From assembly GCA_000431335.1 (NCBI GenBank), contig FR888021.1:690-64689 (forward strand): DNA of 64,000 bases. Reading direction: 5' to 3'. The stretch is from Clostridium sp. CAG:343. GTDB lineage: Bacteria > Bacillota > Clostridia > TANB77 > CAG-508. Below the pieces are notes generated by a model, which made no database searches, was not told the origin of the DNA, and saw only the letters and a list, made by a program, of their open reading frames with translations. Of this stretch, positions 26,143 to 35,825 are shown in pieces (positions within the stretch are counted from its first letter, which is position 1; every line of letters starts with the position of its first letter). Position numbers and translations under genes: made by a program.

Positions 26143-28167
26143 TTAAGCTTTTGTTTCTAAATTTTTCTGTTTGCGATTTTTTAAATATTCTAATAATATA
26201 GTTACACCAATAAATACAACTAATATTCCTAATAATATTAATATATTTGGCATTATCATTCCAGAGTCTGTTTTTATAAGAGATTCTTTTATTAATCTTA
26301 TTGTATAATTCATTGGCATATATGGATAAATACTTTGGAAGAATTTTGGTACTGTTTCAATTGGGAATGTTCCTCCACTTGCTGCTAATTGTAATACTAA
26401 CAATAAAATACAAAGAAATTTTCCTACATCTCCGAAATTTTCAATTAAGAATAGTATAATACTTGTAAATACCATTGAAACTAAAATACATGTTACATAA
26501 TATAATCCTAAGCTTGTAACATTAAATCCTAATCCTGCTTTTAATATGAAACCTAATACAATTCCTTGTAATGTTGCAATTCCCATGTATAAAGCTGTAC
26601 GTAGATATTTATTTTTTGCATTTTTTCCTAACAATTTAAACTTATCTTCAGGGTCGTTATATAACATAACTAATGCTATTAATCCACCAACCCATAATGA
26701 TATAGACATGAAATATGGTGCAAATCCTACTCCATAAGAATCAACTTTGGCATAATCTGTTTCTTCTATTTCTACTGGATCTTTTACATATTCATCTAAT
26801 CCATCTAGTTTTGTTAATTCTTGTTTTGTATTGTCTGTTCCATTATCTATTTCTGTCTTAAATGTAGTTACACCATCTGATAATGTTTTACTTCCTTCTA
26901 ATGCACTTTTTGAACCTGTATTTAATTGACCTATTCCACTTTTTACTTTTTTAGAATTTTTACTTAAAGAACTTAAACCTGTTGTCAATTCTGTACTTCC
27001 AGATTTAGCACTGCTTAATCCTTGTTTTAATTCTAATACTCCGTTATTTAATGTTTGAATTCCAGAAGATAACTCTTGTAAACTTCCTGCTTGGCTCGCA
27101 AAACTTTGAACTCCTGTATTTAATTTAGATACCCCTTGTTTTAATTCTGTTCCTTTTGTAGCTAATGTACTTAATCCTTCAGAACCACTTGAACTACCAG
27201 ATAAACTTTGCAAAGTTTGCATCGCTTGTTGAAAATTTGAATCATTCATTGCTTCTGGATTAGCAGTCATATAAGCTTTTAAGCCTGATGCTAATGTAGT
27301 TAATTGGCTTTTAGTGTTACTAATTCCTGCTATAGCACTGTTTACTCCATCTACATATGCATCTACTCCTGTCTTTAAATTGCTTACATTACCAGAAAGT
27401 TCATTTACCTTAGTTACAACACTTGATAAATCTTTAGTATTATCTGCTAATTTATTTGTTCCTTCTTGTATTTTGCTTGCTCCAGCATCTAATTTTTCTA
27501 ATCCTTGTGTCAATTGTTTACTTCCATTATAAGCACTATCTACACCTGTATCAAAATTAGAATAACTAGAATTTAATTCACTTGTTCCATTATTTAAAGT
27601 TTTTAATCCTTTTGACAATTCTGATGAACCATCTTGTATTTGTCCAGCTCCATCTGATATATCTTCCATTTTTTCTGGAACTTCCCTTAACTTATCAGAT
27701 ACTGAAGTAACTACTTTTTGGCTAACTTGCCCTTTTAATTCGCTTTCTACTGTGGTTGTAACTTTATTTATAATTTGAGATGCTAAATAATTGCTCTTTT
27801 GGTTTGGAGAATATGATATTGTTGTCATTTGTCTATCACTATTTTCAGCATTATTTAAAGTTTCAGTAAAATCCTTTGGAATTGTGATAGTTGCATAATA
27901 CTCTTGATTTACTAAACCTTTTTGTCCTTCATCACTATCTGTTAAAACTTCGATTTGCATAACGTCTTTTTCTTTTAGACTCTCTACTAAATCATTTCCA
28001 AGATTTTCATCTTCATTTCCTTTGTCAAGGTTAATAATTGCTATTTTCATATCTTTTAAATTACCATATGGATCCCAAAATGCTTTTAAATAAAAAAAGC
28101 TATACATTACTGGAATAATTATAATAGCTACTAAAATAACCCATTTCATGATTTTTTTCTTATTCAT
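26143..28167 (-). CDS. YhgE/Pip-domain membrane protein
   Basis: 674 aa. N-terminal TM, long Ser/Thr/Gly-rich coiled repeat region (..LNSGV.ELKQG.. type repeats), C-terminal 5 TM ABC-2-like block. Confidence 0.75.
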   Translation of the reverse strand: MNKKKIMKWVILVAIIIIPVMYSFFYLKAFWDPYGNLKDMKIAIINLDKGNEDENLGNDLVESLKEKDVMQIEVLTDSDEGQKGLVNQEYYATITIPKDFTETLNNAENSDRQMTTISYSPNQKSNYLASQIINKVTTTVESELKGQVSQKVVTSVSDKLREVPEKMEDISDGAGQIQDGSSELSKGLKTLNNGTSELNSSYSNFDTGVDSAYNGSKQLTQGLEKLDAGASKIQEGTNKLADNTKDLSSVVTKVNELSGNVSNLKTGVDAYVDGVNSAIAGISNTKSQLTTLASGLKAYMTANPEAMNDSNFQQAMQTLQSLSGSSSGSEGLSTLATKGTELKQGVSKLNTGVQSFASQAGSLQELSSGIQTLNNGVLELKQGLSSAKSGSTELTTGLSSLSKNSKKVKSGIGQLNTGSKSALEGSKTLSDGVTTFKTEIDNGTDNTKQELTKLDGLDEYVKDPVEIEETDYAKVDSYGVGFAPYFMSISLWVGGLIALVMLYNDPEDKFKLLGKNAKNKYLRTALYMGIATLQGIVLGFILKAGLGFNVTSLGLYYVTCILVSMVFTSIILFLIENFGDVGKFLCILLLVLQLAASGGTFPIETVPKFFQSIYPYMPMNYTIRLIKESLIKTDSGMIMPNILILLGILVVFIGVTILLEYLKNRKQKNLETKA

Positions 28168-28361
28168 TTTACGTCCTCCTATTTTTTTATTTTATCTATA
28201 AATATTATAAGAGCTTTTTAAAAAAAGGCAACAACACTTCACTACTTTTGTATAGTAAGCTACATTTTTCGTGATTTGTATATACATTTGTATATTATCT
28301 TTACATCTGTATAATTTTGATTTATAATAAATTCATATTAATATAGATTGGAGATAAATAT

Positions 28362-28925
28362 ATGGAAGATTTAAGAGTTCAAAGAACTTATTTATTATTA
28401 AAAAATGCTTTATTAGAATTATTAGCTAAAAAGTCATTTGATGAAATTAAAGTAAATGATATTTGTAATTTAGCAATGATACATAGAACTACATTTTATA
28501 GCCATTTTCAAGATAAATATGATTTATTAGAATATTGTGTTAAAAATATTGAACAAGAATTAACAGAAAAAATTAATACTACTCAATATTCTAATTCAAA
28601 AGAATTTTATACAAATTTGGTTATGAGTCTTTTAGAATATATTTCTGAAAATAAAAAAATGTTTAAAAGTGTATTAAAAAATAATTTTGACAATAGTGTT
28701 AATAAAATTTTTATGAATACATGTATTAATTATATTACTGATATGTTAGAAAAAGAAAAAGATCAAGGTATTTACCATAAAACCAAAATTCCTATTATTG
28801 CTCAATTTTATGCTGGAGCTGTTATATCAACTATTGTATGGTGGATAAAAAATGATGAATCTTTAGATAAAAAAGAACTTTGTAACTCTATTATTTCTTT
28901 AATTTTCGATATGCCTCATTCTTAA
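28362..28925 (+). CDS. TetR/AcrR-family transcriptional regulator
   Basis: N-terminal HTH ..FDEIKVNDICNLAMIHRTTFYSHFQDKYDLL. Divergent from the YhgE gene. The palindrome TGTATATACA at 28277-28286 lies in the shared promoter region. Confidence 0.8.
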   Translation: MEDLRVQRTYLLLKNALLELLAKKSFDEIKVNDICNLAMIHRTTFYSHFQDKYDLLEYCVKNIEQELTEKINTTQYSNSKEFYTNLVMSLLEYISENKKMFKSVLKNNFDNSVNKIFMNTCINYITDMLEKEKDQGIYHKTKIPIIAQFYAGAVISTIVWWIKNDESLDKKELCNSIISLIFDMPHS

Positions 28926-28980
28926 TGTTAAAGCAACCAAAATTATTAAACATTCTTGCTTAATAATCTTGGTTGCTTTA

Positions 28981-29604
28981 CTATTTATTTTGCTTGTTTG
29001 AATATTTTAAACTATTACATTTCTTATTATATTCATACCTTTTTTCTTTTCTTCTTAGTCTTTTTTTGCTCATTCTTACTTGAACAAGTGATATTAAAAC
29101 TAAAATAATCAATAATATTATTAAAGTTATTTTATCTTTTAATAGTTCTACTATTTTTCCAAATCCAGATATTTTGAATTGATATACCCCTTCTATTTTT
29201 TCATAAGTTATATGCTCTTTGTCTTCTCTCCTATTATTATCTCCTTTGGTTATATATTTTGTCTTTCCATTTTCTTCAATCACTTTCACAATTCTATGTG
29301 TAATTATCTCATCTTTATTATGAAAAGAAATAATATCATTAATTTTCAATTCATCTTGATTTACTTTTTTTATAAAAATTGCATCACCTTTCATAATTGT
29401 TGATTCCATACTTTCAGATACTATTACAAAGCTTTTTAGTCCAAAAAAATCTGGTATTTCAGTAGGATTTATATACGATTTTATCATTATTGTTAAATTA
29501 AATATAATAATAGGAATAATTATTATATAAATAAGTATAGAAATTATTTTTTCTATACTATGCATAATTTTACTGTTTTTATTAAAATTACTAGTCCTAT
29601 ACAC
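28981..29604 (-). CDS. Signal peptidase I, SipW/archaeal type (S26B)
   Basis: ..FVIVSESMESTIMKGD.. (Ser), ..ITHRIV.. (His), ..KGDNN... C-terminal second TM helix. Confidence 0.75.
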   Translation of the reverse strand: MYRTSNFNKNSKIMHSIEKIISILIYIIIIPIIIFNLTIMIKSYINPTEIPDFFGLKSFVIVSESMESTIMKGDAIFIKKVNQDELKINDIISFHNKDEIITHRIVKVIEENGKTKYITKGDNNRREDKEHITYEKIEGVYQFKISGFGKIVELLKDKITLIILLIILVLISLVQVRMSKKRLRRKEKRYEYNKKCNSLKYSNKQNK

Positions 29605-29777
29605 TTATTTTTCTCCTTTTGATGTAACATTTACTATTTTAATATACCATATGAAAAATCTCTTTGCAATATATGTTAATGATGTAATATAAATGTAATA
29701 TTTTTTTAATGTTTTTTTATTTACATAGTTTTCTTTTATAGTTATAATATACTTAATTATCATATGTGGAGGAAAAA

Positions 29778-30206
29778 ATGGATAATAATATTTTAGTTAT
29801 TTCTGAAAAAGAACAAAAGGCTTATTTGCCATATAAATACGAAGAAATTCAAAAGATTTATGAAAGTCCAAATTGTAAATATAATTCTATTATGGAAATA
29901 ATTCAAGATTTATATATTGTACCTTTAAATAAATTCGAAAATTTTTCAACAGCTAGATTCCGAGAAGCTTTTAACTTAATTCGTTATAAAGAAAAAAGTT
30001 CTATTTTTAGTGCTCTTGATTTAGGATTGGAATTGATGTTTAAATATAACTTAAACCCTATTATAATTGCAGCTTGTAGAAATTTAGATGAACTAGATAT
30101 CTATTTGGATTGTTTAGATGAAAATGAATTATCTGATTTTAAATGTTTTGAAGTAAGATTTGAAGTTAATCCTAATCTTGTCAATAAACCAATTAGAGAA
30201 TTTTAG
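29778..30206 (+). CDS. Hypothetical protein
   Basis: ORF 29766-30206. The ATG at 29778 is preceded by GGAGGAAAAA. No family recognised. Confidence 0.45.
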   Translation: MDNNILVISEKEQKAYLPYKYEEIQKIYESPNCKYNSIMEIIQDLYIVPLNKFENFSTARFREAFNLIRYKEKSSIFSALDLGLELMFKYNLNPIIIAACRNLDELDIYLDCLDENELSDFKCFEVRFEVNPNLVNKPIREF

Positions 30207-30259
30207 TTTTTTTAGTAAATTTCTGCATTATAATATTTGATTTTTTACATAAAATAATT

Positions 30260-30904
30260 ATGAAAATGGAGATTATTATGAAAAATCAAATATTAAGTAC
30301 CAGAATTAATAAAAAATCAAATAAAAAATTTTTTAAATTCCAATTTTTAATTTCTATTTTTATAATAGTTATTTTAATTGGTTTTATTTGTTATTCAAGC
30401 ATATCTTTATTAAAAAAAGAACAAATGTCAAAAAATATAACTAGTAATTATAGTATTTACAAATTATACTCTAATAATTCTAAAAGTAACGAATCTTCAT
30501 ACACACAAAATATTCAAAACGAATTTTTTGGAACAATTGAAATACCAAAAATTAATTTATATTACCCTGTTTTTTCTCATTTGGATGAAGAATTATTAAA
30601 AGTTTCTCCATGTAAATTTTATGGTGATTCACCCAAAGTATTTGGAAACATATGTATTGCTGGACACAACTATGATAATTCTATGTTTTTTAGTAATTTG
30701 TCTTTGCTAAATATAGATGATGAAATATATCTTTATGATACTGATAATAAAAAATATATTTATAAAATTTTTAAAACTTATGAAGTTGTTCCTTCTGATT
30801 TATCTCCTGTATTTGAATTTGAATATAATTCAAAAGAATTAACTCTAATTACATGTAATAATCTAAATTCTAATAGATTAATTGTTAAATCAAAACAAAT
30901 ATAG
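30260..30904 (+). CDS. Sortase (cysteine transpeptidase)
   Basis: N-terminal TM. ..ICIAGHN.. (His), ..LTLITCNN.. (TLxTC Cys). A conserved Arg follows near the C-terminus. Confidence 0.8.
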   Translation: MKMEIIMKNQILSTRINKKSNKKFFKFQFLISIFIIVILIGFICYSSISLLKKEQMSKNITSNYSIYKLYSNNSKSNESSYTQNIQNEFFGTIEIPKINLYYPVFSHLDEELLKVSPCKFYGDSPKVFGNICIAGHNYDNSMFFSNLSLLNIDDEIYLYDTDNKKYIYKIFKTYEVVPSDLSPVFEFEYNSKELTLITCNNLNSNRLIVKSKQI

Positions 30905-30950
30905 CACACAAAAAAGACCTTATAAAAGGTCTTTGATTTATCTTATTTAA

Positions 30951-31310
30951 CTAAATGTTTTTATATTCTTTTATCTTTTTATAAGCATATACTGCTGATA
31001 CTCCAAATACAACTACTAATGCTGCTACTGGAATTGAATCTTCAATACCTGTTTTTGGTAAATTATTGTTTGTATTATTATAAACACTTGAATTATTAGT
31101 ATTGTTTGATTTATTTGTGTTACTAGTATTTGTATTACTATTAGTATTATTGCTAGAAGTATTATTTGATGTACTATTTTTTGTTAATGTTCCTGTTAAA
31201 TCATGAACTTCATTATTATCATTTGCAGCATTTACAGTTGTTGAAAACAACATTACCATTGCACTAACTAATAAAATTGTAACAATTTGAATTAAATTTG
31301 ATTTTTTCAT
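30951..31310 (-). CDS. Small LPXTG cell-wall-anchored protein, Asn/Ser/Thr-rich
   Basis: Signal peptide MKKSNLIQIVTILLVSAMVMLFSTTVNA, low-complexity N/S/T region, LPKTG plus hydrophobic helix plus a basic tail. ATG at 31310 is preceded by GAGGAG. Confidence 0.75.
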   Translation of the reverse strand: MKKSNLIQIVTILLVSAMVMLFSTTVNAANDNNEVHDLTGTLTKNSTSNNTSSNNTNSNTNTSNTNKSNNTNNSSVYNNTNNNLPKTGIEDSIPVAALVVVFGVSAVYAYKKIKEYKNI

Positions 31311-31517
31311 ATTGATTTCTCCTCTACTTTCATACTTTTTATTATTATTTATACAATCACTATATATTATACTACTTTTTTTAGTATAATTCAAGCAAAA
31401 TATATAAAAATACATAAAAGAATACATTTCTTTTGTTTTTCTATTAATATTTTATACTTTAAAAATAAATAAGTCAAGAGTTTTATTTTATTTTTATATT
31501 ACATTTATGTTACATAT

Positions 31518-32609
31518 TTATACATTAAATTTAAATAAAACAATATCCCCATCTTGCATAATATATTCTTTTCCTTCTGAACGAACTAATCCCTTTTCTT
31601 TGGCTGCAACCATTGAGCCTTCTCTTACTAAATCTTCATAAGAAACTATCTCAGCTTTTATGAATCCTCTTTCAATATCAGAGTGAATCTTCCCAGCAGC
31701 TTGTGGTGCTTTTGTTCCTTTTTTTATTGTCCAAGCTCTTACTTCTGGTTCTCCTGCTGTTAAAAATGACATCAAACCTAATAAATCATAGCTTTTTTTA
31801 ATTACTTTATCCAAACCAGACTCTTCTAAACCAAGTGCTTCTAGCATCTCTTTTTTATCATTTTCTTCTAAACCAGATAATTCTTCTTCTATTTTTACGC
31901 ATAACGGAATTACTTCTGCATTTTCCTTTTTAGCATATTCTTTAACTTTTTTTACATTATCATTATCATCAGGATTTTCTAACTGTTCTTCTGAGACATT
32001 TGCAATATATAATATTGGTTTTGTAGTTAATAAAAACATATCTTTAACTAATACTTGTTCTTCTTCATTAAATTCTAAAGTTCTTGCTGACTTTCCTTCT
32101 TCTAATGTTTTTAATATTTTTTCCAATAAATCAATTTCTATTTGATATTTTTTATCTGCTTTTAAATTTTTCTTAGCTTTATCTAATCTTTTGTTTACTG
32201 TTTCGATGTCTGCAAAAATTAATTCCAAATTTATTGTTTCAATATCTCTTATTGGATTAACTGAACCATCAACATGAACTACATTTGAATCTTCAAAACA
32301 TCTTACAACTTCTACTATTGCATCAGTTTCTCTAATATGAGACAAAAACTTATTTCCTAATCCTTCCCCTTTACTTGCTCCTTTTACTAATCCTGCTATA
32401 TCAACAAATTCTACAACAGCAGGAGTAGTTTTTTGAGGATTATACATTTCAGTTAATTTTTTTAATCTTTCATCTGGTACAGCAACAACTCCTACGTTTG
32501 GCTCTATAGTACAAAAAGGATAATTAGCACATTCAGCTCCTGCTTTTGTTATACTATTAAACATCGTACTCTTCCCTACATTTGGAAGTCCAACAATTCC
32601 TAATTTCAT
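31518..32609 (-). CDS. ychF: Redox-regulated ATPase YchF
   Basis: MKLGIVGLPNVGKST.. G1 motif. C-terminal TGS-like ..RAWTIKKGTKAPQAAGKIHSDIERGFI... ATG at 32609 is preceded by GGAGGAAAAA. Confidence 0.9.
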   Translation of the reverse strand: MKLGIVGLPNVGKSTMFNSITKAGAECANYPFCTIEPNVGVVAVPDERLKKLTEMYNPQKTTPAVVEFVDIAGLVKGASKGEGLGNKFLSHIRETDAIVEVVRCFEDSNVVHVDGSVNPIRDIETINLELIFADIETVNKRLDKAKKNLKADKKYQIEIDLLEKILKTLEEGKSARTLEFNEEEQVLVKDMFLLTTKPILYIANVSEEQLENPDDNDNVKKVKEYAKKENAEVIPLCVKIEEELSGLEENDKKEMLEALGLEESGLDKVIKKSYDLLGLMSFLTAGEPEVRAWTIKKGTKAPQAAGKIHSDIERGFIKAEIVSYEDLVREGSMVAAKEKGLVRSEGKEYIMQDGDIVLFKFNV

Positions 32610-32681
32610 TTTTTCCTCCTTATATTGTCCAATAAAAATGTTTTTGGGCATTTCATTTTTTATTTAAATATACTTATATTT

Positions 32682-34616
32682 TTATCCCTTATTTTTTATT
32701 TCAGTTGAAATCTTTTCTATAAATTCATTTAATTTCATTGTTCCTAAATCTCCATCTTTATGAGAACGAATTGCAACTAAGTTTTCTTCAACTTCTTTTG
32801 CCCCAACTACTAACATATATGGTGTTTTTTGAAGTTGAGCTTCACGAATTTTATATCCTGTTTTTTCATTTCTATCATCAACCTCTACACGTATTCCTTC
32901 TTTTAATAATTCATCTCTTACTTTGTAAGCATATTCATGTTGATTGTCTGTAATTGGTAATATTTTTACCTGTATTGGTGCAAGCCACGTTGGAAGCACT
33001 CCTTTTGTTTCTTCTAATAAGAATGATATAAATCTATCAGAACTTCCTAATATAGCTCTGTGTATTACCACAGGTCTATGTTTTTCTCCGTCTTTTCCTA
33101 TATATTCAAGTTCAAATCTTTCAGGCAATGCAAAATCTAATTGACAAGTTGGTATTGTTATATCATGATTTAAAGCTGTTTTTATTTGTATATCTATTTT
33201 TGGTCCATAAAATGCTGCTTCTCCTTCTGCTTCATAAAAAGGAATCTCTAATTCAGTTAATATTTCTCTTAATTGACTTTCTGCTGTTTCCCACATTTCG
33301 TCATTATCTATATATTTTTCTTTATTACTCTTATCCCTTAAAGATAATCTATATTTAAAACTTGATGCTGGGAATCCAAAATCTTTTTGATATACTTCTA
33401 CTATTAATTTTAAAACTTTCCCTACTTCTTCTTTAATCTGGTCTGGTCTTACAAATAAATGTGCATCATTTTGACACATTTGTCTAACTCTTTCCAACCC
33501 ACAAACACTTCCACTATCTTCATATCTAAAATCATGTGCAAGTTCTCCAATTTTTATTGGTAAATCGCGATAAGAATGCATTTTATTTTTATATACTAAC
33601 ATATGATGAGGACAATTCATTGGTCTTAAAACCATTTCTTCATTATCCATTTTCATAACAGGAAACATATCGTCTTTATAATGGTCCCAATGTCCAGATG
33701 TTTTATATAACTCTACATTTGCAAGTGAAGGAGTATATACATGACTATATCCTAGTGCTAATTCTTTATCTTGAATATATCTTTCCAATATTCTTCTTAT
33801 TGTTGCACCATTTGGTAAATACATAGGTAATCCTGAACCAACTAGTGGATGAGTCATAAATATTTCTAAATCTTTTCCTATTTTTCTATGATCTCTTTGT
33901 TTTGCTTCTTCTAGTAATTGTAAATGTTCTTGTAATTCACTTGCTTTTGGAAAGGCTATTCCATAAATTCTTTGTAACATTTTGTTTTTTTCGCTACCTC
34001 TCCAATAAGCTCCTGAAGATGATAGTATTTTTATTGATTTTATTTTTCCTGTACTTAATAAATGTGGTCCTGCACATAAGTCTGTAAAATCTCCTTGTTT
34101 ATAAAAACTAATTTCTTCTCCTTCTGGTAATTCTTCAATTAGTTCTTGTTTATATGGTTGTCCTTCCATTAATTTTAATGCTTCTTGCTTTGGTAAAGAA
34201 AATCTTTCAATTTGTATATTTTCTTTTATGATTTTCTTCATTTCTTCTTCAATTTTTGTTTTATCTTCATCTGTAAAAGGTTTTTCTATATCAAAATCAT
34301 AATAAAATCCTTCTGCAATAGAAGGTCCTATTGCAAATTTAACATTTGGAAATAATCTTTTTACAGCTTGTGCCATAATATGTGACGTTGTATGCCAATA
34401 AGCTTTTTTTCCTTCCAAATCATCATTTTTAAATGTATGAAGTATTAAATTACAATCTTCTTTTATTTTATATCTTATATCTCTAATCTCTCCATTAATT
34501 TCTCCACAAGTTACATTTCTTGCTAATCCTTCGCTTATTCTTTTTGCTACTTCTAAAATTGATGTTCCTTCTTCTATTTCCATAGTTGAACCATCTTTTA
34601 AAATAACTTTAATCAT
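32682..34616 (-). CDS. thrS: Threonine--tRNA ligase
   Basis: 644 aa. TGS domain at the N-terminus, editing-domain motif HTTSH, class II motifs ..FRYEDSG.. and ..GPKID.., C-terminal anticodon-binding domain. Confidence 0.95.
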   Translation of the reverse strand: MIKVILKDGSTMEIEEGTSILEVAKRISEGLARNVTCGEINGEIRDIRYKIKEDCNLILHTFKNDDLEGKKAYWHTTSHIMAQAVKRLFPNVKFAIGPSIAEGFYYDFDIEKPFTDEDKTKIEEEMKKIIKENIQIERFSLPKQEALKLMEGQPYKQELIEELPEGEEISFYKQGDFTDLCAGPHLLSTGKIKSIKILSSSGAYWRGSEKNKMLQRIYGIAFPKASELQEHLQLLEEAKQRDHRKIGKDLEIFMTHPLVGSGLPMYLPNGATIRRILERYIQDKELALGYSHVYTPSLANVELYKTSGHWDHYKDDMFPVMKMDNEEMVLRPMNCPHHMLVYKNKMHSYRDLPIKIGELAHDFRYEDSGSVCGLERVRQMCQNDAHLFVRPDQIKEEVGKVLKLIVEVYQKDFGFPASSFKYRLSLRDKSNKEKYIDNDEMWETAESQLREILTELEIPFYEAEGEAAFYGPKIDIQIKTALNHDITIPTCQLDFALPERFELEYIGKDGEKHRPVVIHRAILGSSDRFISFLLEETKGVLPTWLAPIQVKILPITDNQHEYAYKVRDELLKEGIRVEVDDRNEKTGYKIREAQLQKTPYMLVVGAKEVEENLVAIRSHKDGDLGTMKLNEFIEKISTEIKNKG

Positions 34617-34639
34617 AAACGTTCCTCCTTTATATTATT

Positions 34640-34880
34640 TATTGGATATTTATCATATATATAAAAACACTCCTTGGATATCATAAATCCATAGGAGTGC
34701 TTTTTTATACACGGTTCCATCCTATATTTTACTTAGTTAATAGATTGTAACGTATCTAAAACGTCTAGCTTATTCACTAGAGATTTTGAAGAGGTAGTTT
34801 TTCAAATATGTTTTCTGGAATTAATTTTCAGCCTATGATTAATTCTCTCTAACAGTAACCTTTATTTTACTTTTTCTCTC
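34640..34880 (-). promoter_or_regulatory. T-box leader (threonine specifier) with terminator/antiterminator
   Basis: Minus strand: AGAGA motif in Stem I. Specifier loop AAACUACCUC carries ACU/ACC Thr codons. T-box sequence UAGGAUGGAACCGUG. Terminator AAGCACTCCTATGG..CCAAGGAGTGTTTTT. Confidence 0.8.
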
Positions 34881-34987
34881 ACTTATCTTTGTTCTATGTT
34901 AATAGTTTAACCTCTTTTTTTAAAAAAGTCAATAGAATTCTTTACTTTTTATTTTTCTTATTATATAATTATTATTGTATTTATTTT

Positions 34988-35063
34988 GCTTCCATAGCTC
35001 AGTTGGTAGAGTGCAGCCTTGGTAAGGCTGAGGTCACGGGTTCAATTCCCGTTGGAAGCTCCA
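34988..35063 (+). tRNA. tRNA-Thr (anticodon GGU) with encoded CCA
   Basis: Hand-folded cloverleaf: acceptor GCTTCCA/TGGAAGC, anticodon stem CAGCC/GGCTG with loop TTGGTAA, T-arm ACGGG-TTCAATT-CCCGT. Confidence 0.9.
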
Positions 35064-35068
35064 TACTT

Positions 35069-35097
35069 AAAAAACCAGCCTTTAAGACTGGTTTTTT
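35069..35097. terminator. Bidirectional terminator between tRNA-Thr and sigH
   Basis: AAAAACCAG..CTGGTTTTTT hairpin. Confidence 0.65.
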
Positions 35098-35741
35098 CAA
35101 TTTTCAAGCATATTTTTTATTGCTTTTTTTCTTATTCTTTGTATTGCATTATCTATCGACTTAACTGGCGAATCTAATTTTTTTGCAATTGTTACATAAC
35201 TTTCGCCCTTTAAAAATCCATCTAATACTTGCTTTTCAAATTTACTTAAATTTTTGTTGACTGCATTTTCCATTTCACTATAATATTCTTTTTTCATTAT
35301 TGTTTCTAATGGGTCTTCTACAGTATTACTATTAAAAGTATCTATTAATTCAACACTATCTTCTTCATTATTATCATAAGCAGCCATATTTAGTGATAAA
35401 TACGAATTCAAAGGCATATGTTTTTGTCTATTTGAACTTTTTATTGCTGTTATTAATTGTCTCTCTATGCAGATATTAGCAAAAGATTTGAATGATTTCT
35501 GTTTTTCTTCTTTAAAATCCTTTATCGCCTTAAACAGTCCAATCATTCCTTCCTGTAATATATCTTCTTTTTCGGCTCCAATCATAAAATATTTACTAAC
35601 TTTTATATTAACTAAGTTTTTATATTTTTCTAGTAAATAAGCTAAAGATTCTTGGTCTCCTTGCTTAATTTGAGATATTATTTGTTCATCTGTTAGATTG
35701 CTATATTTATCTGTTGTAAAGAATACATTTTCATTCTGCAT
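35097..35741 (-). CDS. sigH: RNA polymerase sporulation-initiation sigma factor SigH
   Basis: ..LAYLLEKYKNLVNIKVSKYFMIGAEKEDILQEGMIGLFKAIKDFKEEKQKSFKSFANICIERQLITAIKSSNRQKH.. is the SigH-type region 2. Likely start is MQNENV. Confidence 0.85.
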   Translation of the reverse strand: MQNENVFFTTDKYSNLTDEQIISQIKQGDQESLAYLLEKYKNLVNIKVSKYFMIGAEKEDILQEGMIGLFKAIKDFKEEKQKSFKSFANICIERQLITAIKSSNRQKHMPLNSYLSLNMAAYDNNEEDSVELIDTFNSNTVEDPLETIMKKEYYSEMENAVNKNLSKFEKQVLDGFLKGESYVTIAKKLDSPVKSIDNAIQRIRKKAIKNMLEN

Positions 35742-35825
35742 TTCGTCAAGATACCTCCAATTGTGCTTTTTTTGTATTATATATGTCAAAATTACTAATG
35801 TCAAGCAGTTTTTAGCAAATTGCTA

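Noticed and set aside
34889-35164. 91 aa ORF overlapping tRNA-Thr
   Set aside because: The tRNA cloverleaf and the terminator explain the sequence, so the ORF is a read-through artefact.
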